Below, piece by piece: positions 27,401 through 40,544 of a stretch of 64,000 nt of DNA (its first letter is position 1; each line of letters begins with the position of its first letter). Location of the stretch: the NCBI GenBank assembly GCA_030248215.1, contig JASANG010001409.1, positions 1 to 64,000 on the forward strand, read 5' to 3'. The translations under genes and the position numbers were made by a program. This stretch comes from Enoplolaimus lenunculus (lineage: Eukaryota). Under the pieces are notes generated by a model, which ran no database searches, had not been told where the DNA came from, and saw only the letters and a program-made list of their open reading frames with translations.

Positions 27401-28794
27401 TTTGGGAAATTAATCGTGATGTGGCTACTTTTTAATAACTTGCGGGCGCTATATGAAATTCTTGTTGTCGAATGTTAATTGAAAACCTATTTTTAATTAA
27501 TTCTTTAGTAAAAATACGTGCTGCTTGGTTGGAATGATAACAGGTGGTTTGTAAGCTAATGTCATATGGCATTCGACTTTTGTCTGTTCACCCGATGTGA
27601 GTGCTCGAATTTTAACCTTGACGTCGAATCAACATGGGACAAACCGTGTCCCGCCTGCCCCGGTTGTAACGTGAACCCCGCATAATTTAGTCAGCTTCTT
27701 AAGTGTTTGCTTAACGCTTTTAAAGACGGCCAAATAGTTAAGCAATTACTAAGACCGTATACTCAAGTTACTATAAGTCGCACTTAAGCATGGTTTTGCA
27801 ACCCCAGCCAAAGTCATTACAAGTACAACACATTTCGCGCGTTAGACTCTGCCTGTGTGACTCAGTTTGTGTAGTGCCGTAAAGCCTATTTCGGGGAGAG
27901 TCAATTTAACTCACCATTTTTTGCTGCTATTGTTAGATATGAAATAAATGTTACGAAATTCATCCAAAATCTTCAAATTTTAGGTGCATCTGCTATTTTT
28001 TCTTCAAAATTTTACAAACAGATCACTATCCGTTGTCGTTTCCGTTTCCGTTATTTTTATCATCCGTTACCTCCCGAAGGATAAATGTTCCACTACTGTA
28101 TCACGTGAAATAATGGCTCTTATACGCATTAACATGTGAGAGTGGTGCTTTGTGAATGTCATATGACACTCAAGCATTGTTTGTTAGAACCGGAATTTTA
28201 ATCTCGACGATAAAATCAAGGTGGGACAAATTGCGGTTTGCCTGCATGTGAATCTCGCACATCATACCCCACGCATTAAATACATTTACCACGGAAGTGA
28301 TCTTTAGAAGGATAAAATATTAAAAAACTAGAATTTTTCGTCGCTATTTTAAATCCTAAAAGTTATAGTAGATTTCAGATTTTATGGGATTAAACGTTCC
28401 AAAGTTTTTATAAAGAATTTCGTGCACCTTATTGAACGATTTGTGATTACGCTAGTGCTATGACCAGGGCAATTTGGGACATGATACAAGCGTAGTGCTG
28501 CAAAAAAATTTGTTGTGTTCTATTACTGTACCATTATATTTAGGAACATTTAACATACATGTCGCGCTTAATTTTTTAGCTAGTATTTAAGTTTGACGGT
28601 GATTGATTTGGCCGGTAACAAGCGGTAATCAGTGAATAATGAAAGGTAAGACTGCTGTGATTTATGGATTCCTATATGCTTTAATTTTGCGTGCATATTT
28701 GAAACTTGCGTTGGTTGTACTAGCAATATGAACTACATTTTGCATGTTTTAGAGTTGTCAGTATATAAAAAGCGCAGCCGATCGTTAACTAAAA

Positions 28795-31700
28795 ATGGAA
28801 ACGTTGGTATGGTTTTGCGCTTTGGGTAAGTGAAGCTGTTTGCTTTGTTTGTTTCTTTGATTGGTTATTTTTAAAAATTCATATTAAAGAATAATGCCAA
28901 AAACTTGTTTGGTTTTTTATGCCAAAAGCGTTTGATTTTGGCTTTCATATACAGTAGTCAGGGTTACTTGCGGATCCAGAGAGAGGCGGGCGTACGCCCC
29001 CCATCAGAAATTCTTTGTGATAAAATGTTAACGTCCTAACCTTACAAATATTTCCCTCAGAAAATGTTTTGTAAAAAAGATAAGGTCCGTAATTTTTTCC
29101 TCAGAAATTTTTTATGATAAAATGATTTACCTTACAATTTTTTCACCTCACAAAATTTTTTAGCGATAAAATGATAAGGTTTCTACCTTACAAGTATTGC
29201 GTTTCACAACAATTACTGCCCGCGACTCCCGTAAGAAATTCCTGGATCCGCCACTTTTCAGGGCGGCATCGAATTTACGATTTGACCGAATCCGAATTCC
29301 AAGCTCGATAATTGGTTTCAGAATACCAATGATCGCAACGCTTCACATTTTAAGGATCTGCAAAACTAACACGTAGACTTGAAACAAAAAATATTCATTC
29401 AGTTAGCAAGTTTTTTCCAATTCTTGTTCAAATCCCGAATATTGCTGGATTTGGCTTTTGGATTCGGCTTGTTCAGAACCGCATCCGTAGGTGGTTGTTT
29501 GAAAAGTCTCTGTGGTTTGCCTCTAGAAGTTTAAATTTATGATGGTTTACTGTGCCAAGTATATACTAGAGATGCCAGATTAGCTATTTCAGGTACAATG
29601 TTAATTACTCAGTCGCACTTGGGATCATCCGCTGAGATTGTGACATATGAGATAAAAGACGGAGACGGAGTTGTGACGGGGATTATTAAAGCCAGCCTTA
29701 GCTTTGAAATTGAGCAAAATAATGAGGTGAGTTCGTTGACTACTGTGCTGAATGAATTGTTATATATAATAAATATATACGCATATTTCAGCGCCAAAGT
29801 AACATTTTTAAGTTAAACTTTGAATCATATAGCCTTAGTTTTAGTGTGCGATTTATACACAGGCGCGTGTGAAATTTTTCGTTACAATGTTTGTGCTTAT
29901 ACCATTTTTTCTCCTATTTGTTCAGCCGAAAAAGTTTGTGATTGAAATTGATAAAAGCTTTGATTACGACACTGATTATGATCACCAAAACACGGCTGTG
30001 CTCAAAATTAATGTACGTAAGTGTTTTATAAAGTATGAGGTATGCCGTTTTGCGGCCAGATTTATGCTCACATATTTTGCGTAGTTCCTCATGTAGCTTC
30101 ACTATTAATACCTGAACATCAGGGCTTTTGAATATTCTACACCGTTACCAAACGTGACTTTGAGAAATTGGTAAACTGGTTAGCTGTTATTCATGTATTT
30201 TAATCAAATCTTGACTCAGTTTTATATATTTCTCACTTTCGTTTTTGGTTAGTTTCATCGACAAAGCTCGAGTTAATTTAAACTATATGTTGTTGTAGGA
30301 TACAAGCACATTTGTAACTATAACATTTTCGCGCGAGGATAATGAACCAGTATTAACGTCGCTGACCATCGATTATGTTCTACCTGATGAAAGTAAGTGT
30401 TTTATATACGTCGCATATCAAATCACAGGCGACATAGAAGTTGCTCAATGCAGATGACATAGTTCTGTCAGCGCAGTCAGAGCAATGAGCTTGGAGAAAG
30501 GAAGGAAGAGAGAGGGACGGAGAAAGGAAGAGAAAGAAGGGGAGGAAAGAGAGAATCAAAGACAGGAAAGGGAGACAATCCCGGGCAAAAAGGAACAAAC
30601 CCCAAGGGAGAAAGACCAAAAAAAAAAAAAAACAAAAAAAACAAAAGAAAAAGCAAAAAAACAAGCCCAACAAAAGAAAAAATAACAAAAAAAAAAAGAA
30701 AAAAAAAACAAATACATGAAAAATAAAAAAGAAAAATGGAAAATGTGCCAATGTTCATTTTGTAAAACCGTCCTTGACTACACTATTCCAATACACTATA
30801 CTAGTAAAAACCTTATTTTGAAGGTTGAAAACCAAGGTAGCCAACGGACTGTATTAGTTTTACTATGTTATATTTTATACTGTAAATTGGTTTCAGAAAG
30901 TAAAGATCGCGCTTCATTTATTGACGTAGTGGAAATGGGAGCAATCAATACGACATTTCAATGCATTAGCGGTATTAATATGAGCGCACAGAGCGACATG
31001 GACCGTAACACTGTTACCTTAATGGCCAGTCAAATTCAAGCTCAAGTGTTTGACGTCAAAAATGGAAAATTGTCGGGTAATTAAAAATTGCAGTAATTTC
31101 TGGTGTACCGTCCACTACGAGAGTTAAAAATTTTCTGCCGTTTTGTAGTAAGCTATTCAGCAATTTAAAGATATAAGTAATTTTTAAATAAGTACATATT
31201 TCATAAATTATGGTTTGTAAACTCAATCAGTTTTAAAATTACATAAGTTGTTAAATTAAAAGTCTGATCTGTGGTTGTAAGGTTGATGTTGAAATCGCTG
31301 ACAATTCGTTCAAGGTAAAATGTTTGACTAATTTTAGGGAACGACCGGATCCAAAATTTTACATTTACCGGATCCGAATCCGGATCCGGATCTTAAAATT
31401 CAGATCCGGTCCGGATCCGGACCTTACCAGCTGGATAATTTATCATTACCTAACGTATATAAAATAGAAAAAGTTCAACTGATTCTTTCGCAAAATTAGT
31501 CAACTAAACTTACAGCGACTAAAAAAGAAGTCTGTAAAATTTTTATGTTTGTTCTTCTTCCGCAACAGCACTGGTCTCCACGAATATGTAATTAAGGTGT
31601 TAACTTTGAAACTTATTCCTGAAAAATATGTTTCTGATTAATAATTACTACACTTATTGCAATCACGCATTTTATGGTGAAATTTAGCCTCACGCTTAGA

Positions 31701-34700
31701 AATAGGTTTGTACTACTGCTACAACCATTTGTTCTAGAATATCCACTGTTTTGCTAAATTTCACTGCACTTTTAAGTATATATAAGTATAAGTGTTTGCC
31801 AAGCAGTTTGTATCACTAGCTATGAAACTTGCAAATACATACACTTTTATATTCAATTTGTTACATAGGTATTTCGTATAGACATTCCAACAAAGCATTA
31901 ATGCTCACTCAGTGCTTATTAGATTACGTACGCGTAGTTGAAATACATCCACCAATTTTGGTATGTTTTTGTTTGTATATCAAATTTCGGATCCGGAGAT
32001 CCGGTAGTTTATTTTACCGGATCCGGATCTCGGATCCGGTCGATCCCTAACTAATTTTTAAGCTGTTGAACAGTTACTCGGTGATAAAAATTGTTTTCAA
32101 TTGTGGTTTCTTTTTGGGTAAAACTCAGTTTCTGTTAGAATCTTACGGAAACAGTAAAAATCGATTGCAGTAAGGTTCCAAGAGAAATAAAGTTTTGTTG
32201 GTAAAGAAATAGTGATAAAGTTCGATATTTTTCGCTGAATACGAACACAGAGCAACGACTTTAGGGTTTTCTAATGATTGATAAATGCCAGGGTGCAACG
32301 TCGAAGGTAGATTTCGCTTTCGTGGATAATCAAAATCTAAAATACAACAAATTAAGTATATAAATACGTATCTTTAACTAATGTTATTTCACCAACAACA
32401 TAGCAAAAGTTTAGTAAAAAATTAATATAATTTTCTTGTGGCATGTATTCTTCACTTTTATTTTCGTTTCCGGTAATCTTTTCAAATTCCGGTTCCGGTA
32501 AATTGTAATTCCGGTTGCATCTTGAATGCATAAATGATAAACGTTTTGAGCGCACGTAGTATACGTCAATCAGAGTAATTATTCTGTTAGTACTGTATCG
32601 CGTTTTTCAGACACCATTTATGAGTGTCCAGCCGATAAGCATACTACCACGCGTGAACCTAGGACTACGTCTAATCCTGCTCCTGATCCTCGCTATACTT
32701 GGGATGTTGTTGAAGACGATTGGCGGTGCATTTTGGTAGATGGAAGCATTAAAGTCTGGTTCAATGACAGTGTGGTAATGATTCATTTCTGTTGCATGTT
32801 TGGGTAACGCAATTTATTTATATGCGGTATACTTAAAGATTCGTTAATGGGTATCGAAAAATACCGAATTTGTATAGCGGAACCGAAATTTGTGATTGGT
32901 CACGGTTTTTTAAATTGATATATGTTGTGTTGATATTTTTTACGTTGCCTGAGAAACGCGCAGAGAAACTAAAATAGATAGCATGCTTGGTTTTTTACTT
33001 ACGAATTCGTCCGAAATTTAATCACAGGGCTGTGAAAGTATAATTAAATGTTTCTTTATGTCTCACTGTTGGAATGCTTTGTTTTCATTATTTAGGAAGA
33101 GTTGCACACTACTATCCCGGCTAAAGCACGCGTCTTTGGAAATTGCTCATATAATTCATCCGAACCCGAACCGGAAAAACGAGTGCATGGTAGTCAATGG
33201 ATTGCGCTGAACTGGGGTGCACATAACGAGTGGATACTTACAATGAAATTTTCCGATACAAATCATACGACAAGCTCAGAACAATTTGCTTTGTACGAAC
33301 TGTGCCTCAAACATGAAGGTAGGTTAGCAGTAGGTGTTTTTGTGCATGAGTTTTGTAACACTCGCAGTTTTTTCAATGTATATCGATTGGATTAATTTCG
33401 TTTAGAGGTGAAAAGCATCTTGAATACTTGAAGGTAGGTAACCACCAGTTTGTACCGGCTCAAATTTGGATCGGAATTGTCAAACAGCGTGATGTATTAT
33501 CCGGAGTTTAAGCAAATAAAAACGTAAAGTTAGGTTAGATATCTAAAAGAAAAAGTGTTTAATTTTAACTAGGCTACATAGTGTAGAATGATCAATTTCT
33601 GAACCTTACTTCTACTGTGGACTAAATTATTTTTTGTTGTATTTTAGCAACATTTTCCATGTTGGTTTTTCCCAGTTGATCTGGAGTTTAGACAACGGTC
33701 TAGAGTAGATGTTTTCGTTGAAAGGAATTTAGATACTATAATAAATTATTGTATATATAATCGATTTCTCTATTTTAACGTTTTAGAGGTAGAATATTGC
33801 AAAGTCGACGTCAAAGACATATTTGCTAAGCAACGCGACTCGTATAAATGTAACACACCGCAAAATGTCACGGCAAACGGTGAATTTAGTGTTGAACTCA
33901 GCGAAATACAACTTCAAGCGTATATGCGTAATGCAACAGGATTTGGCGACCGTAAGCAGTTTTAATTTTAAACGATTGTGATTTAAATTTGCGCCAAAGT
34001 CATTGTATAGATCAGGGCCGTAACAGTTGGATTAGCATACTCCAAAGTCTAAACGAAAGCCTTAGCAACAAATTAGTTTCAAGAATATTACTCTATAGCA
34101 GTCCGGTGGAAAAACCGTCCGCCTTTGATCTGTACATTGCGATGCTAAAGTTTGTCGACACCAGGGTGCAACCCGATATCCCGCTTTTGTGTTGGCAAAA
34201 AATCAACAGCTGGCTACGGTCGTTAACATTGCCGGAGTTTGATCTCAAAGTTTGACATAACTCAAAATTTAACTTCTAGTTGTGACTAATATCACAAAAT
34301 TACGCAGCGACTACTATTCAAAATACAACTAAGTATACTAAGAAAAACAGTTTAATATTAGAACCAGTTGTACTTGTAGGAGCAACTTTATAACAAATAG
34401 TAGTTAGTGCTAATGAACGTTATTAATTCAAAAAAGTTACCTACCGAAACGTTAATTTTTATTCAAGTTGATGGAAAGCTCTATTATTTGATGGAATATT
34501 TTTAGTTTCACTCGGTCGGCAGAAACGTTCAATTTCTATCATTTTACAAGCGATTTATGAGCCTGGAACCGAATAGTAAGAAACATTATTTAGTTTGTGA
34601 GATATAAAAATTATTTCAATCAAATCTATTGGTTTTAGCTCGATTATGCCCTGCCGACCGTGAGCCTTCCGACGTGGTGCCTATTGTTGTTGGAGCGTGT

Positions 34701-34784
34701 CTTGCTGCTCTTGTCGTCATCGTACTAGTGCTTTATTTAATTTTGCGTGCCAGAGCGAAGCGAGCTGGATACGAAAGTGTTTAA
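28795..34784 (+). CDS. lmp-1: LAMP-family lysosome-associated membrane glycoprotein, 407 aa, two lumenal domains; exons 28795-28825, 29593-29726, 29926-30012, 30299-30392, 30897-31076, 32611-32774, 33096-33318, 33787-33951, 34639-34784
   Basis: All introns are GT-AG with consistent phases (1224 nt). Signal-like N-terminus [24 protein letters not shown]. Domain 1 runs TYEIKD...FQC...QIQAQVF...ECPAD, followed by a T/P-rich hinge. Domain 2 runs [12 protein letters not shown]...GNCS...SYKCN...IQLQAY...FGD..LCPAD. TM helix [24 protein letters not shown] and tail [12 protein letters not shown] (GYxxPhi). The symbol denotes family similarity, not proven orthology. Confidence 0.93.
31335..32049. mobile_element. 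hAT-like MITE in LAMP intron 5
   Basis: TIRs tagggaacgaccggatcc and ggatccggtcgatcccta; perfect 8-bp TSD actaattt; subterminal ccggat repeats. Confidence 0.85.
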
Positions 34785-34849
34785 AGTTTAAGGTGGATCA
34801 GGTCGCAGTAAGATTGAAACCAATGCCTATGGACACTCTAATGAATTTG

Positions 34850-34855
34850 AATAAA
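34850..34855 (+). terminator. Candidate polyadenylation signal of the LAMP gene
   Basis: AATAAA about 65 nt after the stop codon. Confidence 0.45.
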
Positions 34856-35459
34856 CATATTTCAGTTAATTGAACTTATAGCAGACGTATGTCGATGTTT
34901 ACGATTTTAAATATTAATGGGTTCGTAGCTATGTCTGTGTTATATTTATGCATAATCAAAAGTTTACTGCAATCGCGGGCAGATATGTACGTACACTAGG
35001 GTGTGACTGGGTACTAAAACTGCCGGAGCCTGATCTTTTAATATTAGGCCGTAGCCAGATAATTCGAATCTAATACTTAATATCAATGAAATGTTACAAC
35101 GTAGCTAATAATAAATTGTTCCTTCCGCGGCGTAAACTATCCAAAGTACTTACGTGACAAAACTTAACACGCCACGCTGAAGCATTTTTCACACTTTAAC
35201 AACGACTTTATTCAACCATTCTATGTTTTGTAGTGTTGTGTTCAGTTGTAATATTTCTTCGGCCCGTTTTAAAGCCAATCAGTTTATTCAAGGTACTAAT
35301 AGCGTAGGTGGTTTAGGTATGCTACACCCGCCTCCCGGTGTATTTTAGTTTTCACAAATGTTTTAGTTGCTAGCATGCTTTCTACACTAAGCAGATGTTG
35401 TACATTAGCAACTATGTCTATTACGCTCTGTGTGCTGCTTCTTCCATACATCTTGTCAT

Positions 35460-35838
35460 CAGGGTGCAACCGGAATTACAATTTACCGGAACCGGAATTT
35501 GAAAATTTTACCGGAACCGGAACCGGAAAGTGAAAAATGCATTTCACCAAAAATTTCATTTTAATCTTATTTTTTGCTCTATTATTTGTGAAATAACCTT
35601 AGTCGAACATAGGTATTTATTTTATTTGTTGTATTTTAGATTTTCATCATCGACTGAAGTGAAATCCACCATCAATGGCTTATATTCGGAGTACAAGTGG
35701 CTTTCAAAAGAGATTCTTGAAAATTAGCAAAGTTAAGAAAACGGCCAAATTATAATACCGGAATTTTAAAATCCGGTAAAAATTTACCGGAACCGGAAGG
35801 TGAAAAAATGCCGGAACCGGAATTCCGGTTGCACCCTG
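35460..35838. mobile_element. hAT-like MITE (related copy ~32289-32524; fragments at ~2.7, 7.2-7.6, 34.2 and 36.1 kb)
   Basis: TIRs cagggtgcaaccggaatt and aattccggttgcaccctg; perfect 8-bp TSD cttgtcat; accgga subrepeats. Confidence 0.88.
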
Positions 35839-38289
35839 CTTGTCATAGCTACGAGAGATCAGTGTAGCGTACGTGTTCCGAGTAGGTTTAGGGTTACGGC
35901 TATTATTTTCAGTTAAGCATAGTTTTAGAGTTATTTTTACGATGATGTCTATGGTTAGGCTTAGGAATAGGAATACGCTGAGACTGAGATACTATTACTC
36001 CCCTTTAAATAACACCCGACATCTTTTGAAGATTACGGACGTACACGAGCACGTGCAAACATTAAATATTGAAAACCGCGGCAAGTTAAAACACCGGAAC
36101 GGGATGTCGATTTTGTTTTCGGACGCGCATATCCGGTCGCACCCTGACGTACACACTATGTCTATATTATATTTTGCATTCTCCACGGTAGTATTTTTAT
36201 TTTTGGCAAATGCGATGTTCGCTTAGATACTAGACGCAACCAGCCCGTTCCTATCGCTTTGTTGGTCCAAGTTCAACGGGATTTGTTCAATCATCCATCT
36301 AAAATGTGTGAGATTATACCTCGAAATGTGTCAGTAAGTTTTTCGTATTTTGAGCGTATATCAGTTTTACAGGTACGCTAACTCGTGTTAGGTCTCAGCA
36401 AGTCCGTCATATCGCCGACGCTTTTTTGGGGTCGGGATTTGTTGCTTAACATTTAGTTAGGAGAAATATTTTCACTTGGCGAAAATCATAAAAAATCGGT
36501 CTAATTGAAACCCGTACAGTTAGGTTTTTTCTGTCAGTATTATGAATTTGTTTATTTTTGTTCGTTCGAATTATTTTTTTAATATGGTGTCAGTCACTTT
36601 TTTTATTTTATGCTCATTTTTCTCAATTAGTGTTTGTAATTATTGTTCTGCAGTTGCAAATCATAATCATAAGATTGTCGATCTTCATGATAGTTTTTGG
36701 TTTAAATTTTAATTTATATGTTGTATCCGGATTTGGTACTGGATGGCTGTACGTTTTCATTATAGTTTTTTAATGTAATTACCTAAGCTGCAGTAAATTG
36801 GCTTATCTGTTGTAGATTGAATATTAAATACGATCTTAAATTGTTTTAAAATTGATCTGATGGGCAAATGAATTTTAGTTTTGACGTCATTGAAATTGTT
36901 TTAAACGAGCATAGTTTTTGTTTGAGCTTTTTTAATTGATGCTAGTATCGCTGCTGACAAAGGCTTATGTACAGATCAGGGGCGAAGACTTTTTCTGTGG
37001 GACTGCAATAGAGTAAGCTTAAGCTTAAGACTAATTCTTTGGTTGGTTTAGGCTTAGACTTAGGCTTAAGCTAAGGAATATGTTCATTCTTACGCTTAGG
37101 TTTAGACTTTGGAATATGCTCATTCTTACGCTTAGGCTTAGGCTTATAATACTGTTCCACCCCTGTTCTTTACATGGGCCCTGACAACTTACTTTGAGCA
37201 TTTTTTTTGTTTTTATAGCGTTCATCCGTATTGAACCTACAATAGAATTGTATGATTTTCATACTGAAAATGTTTGAAATTTGTTCGCTGAAAATGTTCG
37301 AGTACAACGTATTTTGGTTAGATTTAGTGTTTTTTAGTTTGTGTGAAATTGAAAAATTTTAATTTATACTTGTACTTTTTTAGTCATTTTAGTTTGAAAT
37401 TTTGGATGAAATCAAAATCGACGTCGTTGTATTCGTTAATAAACCGACAATGTTTTTTGGCTGGCTGTTGGTAATAGATTATCGTGTGCATAATGTCGTT
37501 TCTTTATGTTTTTGGGTAGAGTCGAACTTTTTTTGGTAGATTTTGTTTATTGTTTTTATGATGCGTTATATATACGTAATACTTTTGAATTTGTAGTTAT
37601 CGTGATTGCAAGTATTCTCAAATGGCTACAGCATAATATGACCAACAAACGGTAGCTTTTCAAATATGACAATTCAACAAGTGCAGTAACATACAAACAT
37701 ATTCTGTAAAGCGTCAGATGCATGCATATGCATGATTAAGCCGTTTAGCCTAACGCGACCAATCAACGATTTGCGTAGTTCTTAAGGTAGGTAACTTACT
37801 TTTAGGTATAGGCGGTCCGATCATAATTTCTGCAAAATTTCAGGAATTTTTACGGTTTTGTGACCAAAGAGTACTATCAGCATAGAAAATTTAAAATTAA
37901 CGTCTGAAAAAAAATTTTTTTTGTTGCAAAGCAGATTCATTTTAACGTTTAAAATTTATAAGCACTTTAGCAAATACGTAGTCAAGTCGTTGCGTAATTA
38001 GTGCTTGAATTCGCATACTTGATGATTACGCAGAGTCGACCTGGAAATGTGTAGTCAGCGCCATTCGTCACCCGTACGGCGTCGTCCGGCGCTGTCCGTC
38101 ACCGTCCGTCACTACACGGTATCGTACGTGAGTTATTTGCGTACGATACTGCACGATAACGGACGGCGCCGGACGTGTGACGGACGGCACCCGACGTCAA
38201 CAGAAGTATAGCGCAACGTGGATACCCTGTGTTTGCGTATGATTACATGAGCTGAGCATGATTGAGTTTTAAGACGTTTTTTGACTGGT

Positions 38290-38631
38290 TTCTAAATGAA
38301 AAGACCTATCACTCCATCCTGGCATTGTTGTTTAAACATTTGAGAATATTGGCAAGTATGATCATCAATCCAAACCTTCTTCCATTTTGATTTTTTTTCA
38401 ATATTAATAGTGTGCCTTTTGTGAATTTCGTTTGTTTTGAAACTAAGTATATTTGGTTAATTCTAAATGAAAAGACCTATCACTCCATCCTGGCATTGTT
38501 GTTTAAACATTTGAGAATATTGGCAAGTATGATCATCAATCCAAACCTTCTTCCATTTTGATTTATTTTCAATATTAATAGTGTGCCTTTTGTGAATTTC
38601 GTTTGTTTTGAAACTAAGTATATTTGGTTAA
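38290..38631 (+). repeat. Tandem duplication of a ~171-bp unit
   Basis: 38290-38460 and 38461-38631 are almost identical (ttctaaatgaaaagacctatcac...tatttggttaa). Confidence 0.9.
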
Positions 38632-40281
38632 ATTATTGGTGTCTGTCTATATGTAAACAAAGAATTCGTGCCAGCTTCAAAGTTGTTGACCTAAAAGCCG
38701 GTTTACAAGAAAAGCGTATTTGGAGTTAAATGTTTAAGTGGAAGTCGCATTTATAGTGATGATACAATGTGTTTAGCAAGATATTGCGCAACAGTTTCCT
38801 GTTCGGCTTTTAAATTTAAAAAATTTGACGTGTAAAGCCATAATCGTAGGCACAGACAGGCATTTAAATTAGAGGGGGTTGCTGTTTAAAAAATGTGTAT
38901 CTTTTTATTAAAGCATAAGTTTAAGGTTTCTAGTGCCGTCTTGAAAGCCGCTGTTATAAATCCGTATACTTAGGTTTTATCTACAGGAACAGGAAGAAAA
39001 TGCGGCCGGACCCGTTTTGTGATGGTAGTTTGAATTTTGGGCCTAGAAATTAAAGAATTTAAGAATAAGTGTTGATAAGGTCAGACTTAGGCGTAAAAAT
39101 ATGCTTGTACTTAGGAAAGGTATGGCAATAAGCTTAGGTGTCTAGAAGTACTCTCAGGCTGCGGTTATTAAGCTTATTGTTTACTTCGAGATCAAGACGC
39201 TGAGGCACGATACGATGAGACTGGAACGCTGGTAGATTGGGAGAAGTCTTATAGTTTGAAATGGGCCAGTGTTTATGTTCATTCCAGGTTTATGTGATTT
39301 CTTGGCTTCTGGTTGATCGGAAAGTGATTTTGACATATGGCTGTGTGTACTCAAAATGGTTATTGTTTAAATATCTAACATCTTTTCTGTTGATAGTCCT
39401 ATTTTGATTTGTCTGATGGAAAGAGAATTTTGGCTGTAGGTGGGAATCAGTACCGTTTAAGGGTAATAGATCAGTTTTAATATGGGGGTCTTATGTGGGG
39501 GGGGGGTCATGATTATAATAAGCGCTGGGGTAATATCGGCGGAACTGACAGAATGGGTTGCGTAGCGCTGGTTTTCGCAAAAAGCCATTTCGTACACATT
39601 TGTTATATTTTACTTGTCCTGGCCCGTATAAATTATCAGGTTTGGAACGTTTTTCTGTGAGAATGCAATAGAGTAAGCTTAAAGTTTTAGGCTGTTTTTG
39701 TGTTTGGCGTAGGTTTGGGGTTATGCTTAGGAATATGCTTATAATACTGTTCCGCCCATGTTCGTTACATTGGTCCTTGTCGTCATATAAGTAGCTGTAT
39801 AGCTTATACTTATGCAAAATTTCAAAAAAATTCATGGGTAAATGCCTAGTTTTAAAGAAGTGAAAAATGGTTATGAATTATTTAAAATACTTAACTTTTT
39901 CTGCATTAGACAGTCAAGTGTGTGTATCCTGGAAATTCTGTTGACTTCGTTTCGAGAGTAATTATTGCCATAGATTCATATCTATTCAGTTTGCCGTTTG
40001 ATAAAAGCATACCTTATAGAGTTTAATAAATTTCATCTTGTTTTTGTTGAAGACAGCTAATAGGGCCGATTGTGGCGGGTCTGTAAAACAGTAGGCTTAC
40101 ATTCTAGACTACTTACAATTTTTGCGTAGGCTAGGCATTGGAACTCATTTTTACGACGCGTTGGCTTAGGCTTAAGAATTCGCTCCATCTGCTGTACGCC
40201 TCTGAAAGTAACAGAGTTCAAAATATGTAGACGATAACTTTGAAACTTACGTTTATAAAAACTGTTGAAAGAAATATTTAA

Positions 40282-40544
40282 CCCCTTCTCTCATTGAGTT
40301 GCCCATAGGCAACTCAGCGCAGTGTATATACGTTAAATAGTATATATCGCATCGTGTTTAACAATTGCAACACGTATACATCGTACTAAATCACCACAAG
40401 ACGGGAGAGCCCCCTTGGGCTCGAGCGTCAACCTCCTATAGCGGAGTGGTGGTGGTATACGCCTCCCACTCCAGTCACTGGAGTTCGAATCCTAGCATAG
40501 AAGTAGGTCTCAGGCGAAATAGAAAATATTCATGTGAGAAATGG
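40282..40544 (+). mobile_element. piggyBac-like MITE with internal tRNA-like segment (also 42547-42809 reversed, 49811-50072, 47507-47768, 54456-54773, partial ~61412-61525)
   Basis: CCC...GGG (here TGG) termini and TTAA on both flanks in the full copies. The interior has Pol III A-box-like and B-box-like motifs. Confidence 0.85.

Larger units (their letters stand above)
24..30884. repeat. ~31-kb inverted repeat: left arm ~24-15013, right arm ~15110-30884; probable long-read fold-back assembly artefact
   Basis: 24-170 is the reverse complement of 30737-30884. ORFs are mirrored throughout, e.g. 14421-14633(+) / 15561-15773(-), 6797-6988(+) / 23757-23948(-) and 5089-5289(-) / 25455-25655(+). 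The arms are near-identical in the middle and noisy at the outer ends and axis. Confidence 0.97.

Noticed and set aside
24..30884. Giant Foldback or Maverick-type transposon explanation for the palindrome
   Set aside because: No integrase, polymerase or transposase ORFs and no clean TSD; the arms consist of ordinary gene and MITE sequence.
33406..33433. Extra LAMP micro-exon (tttag...gtaggt)
   Set aside because: Contains an in-frame stop and its 28-nt length would shift the frame; the gene reads correctly without it.
39180..39460. Possible LINE remnant
   Set aside because: Only a compositional impression; no RT or endonuclease motif could be read.
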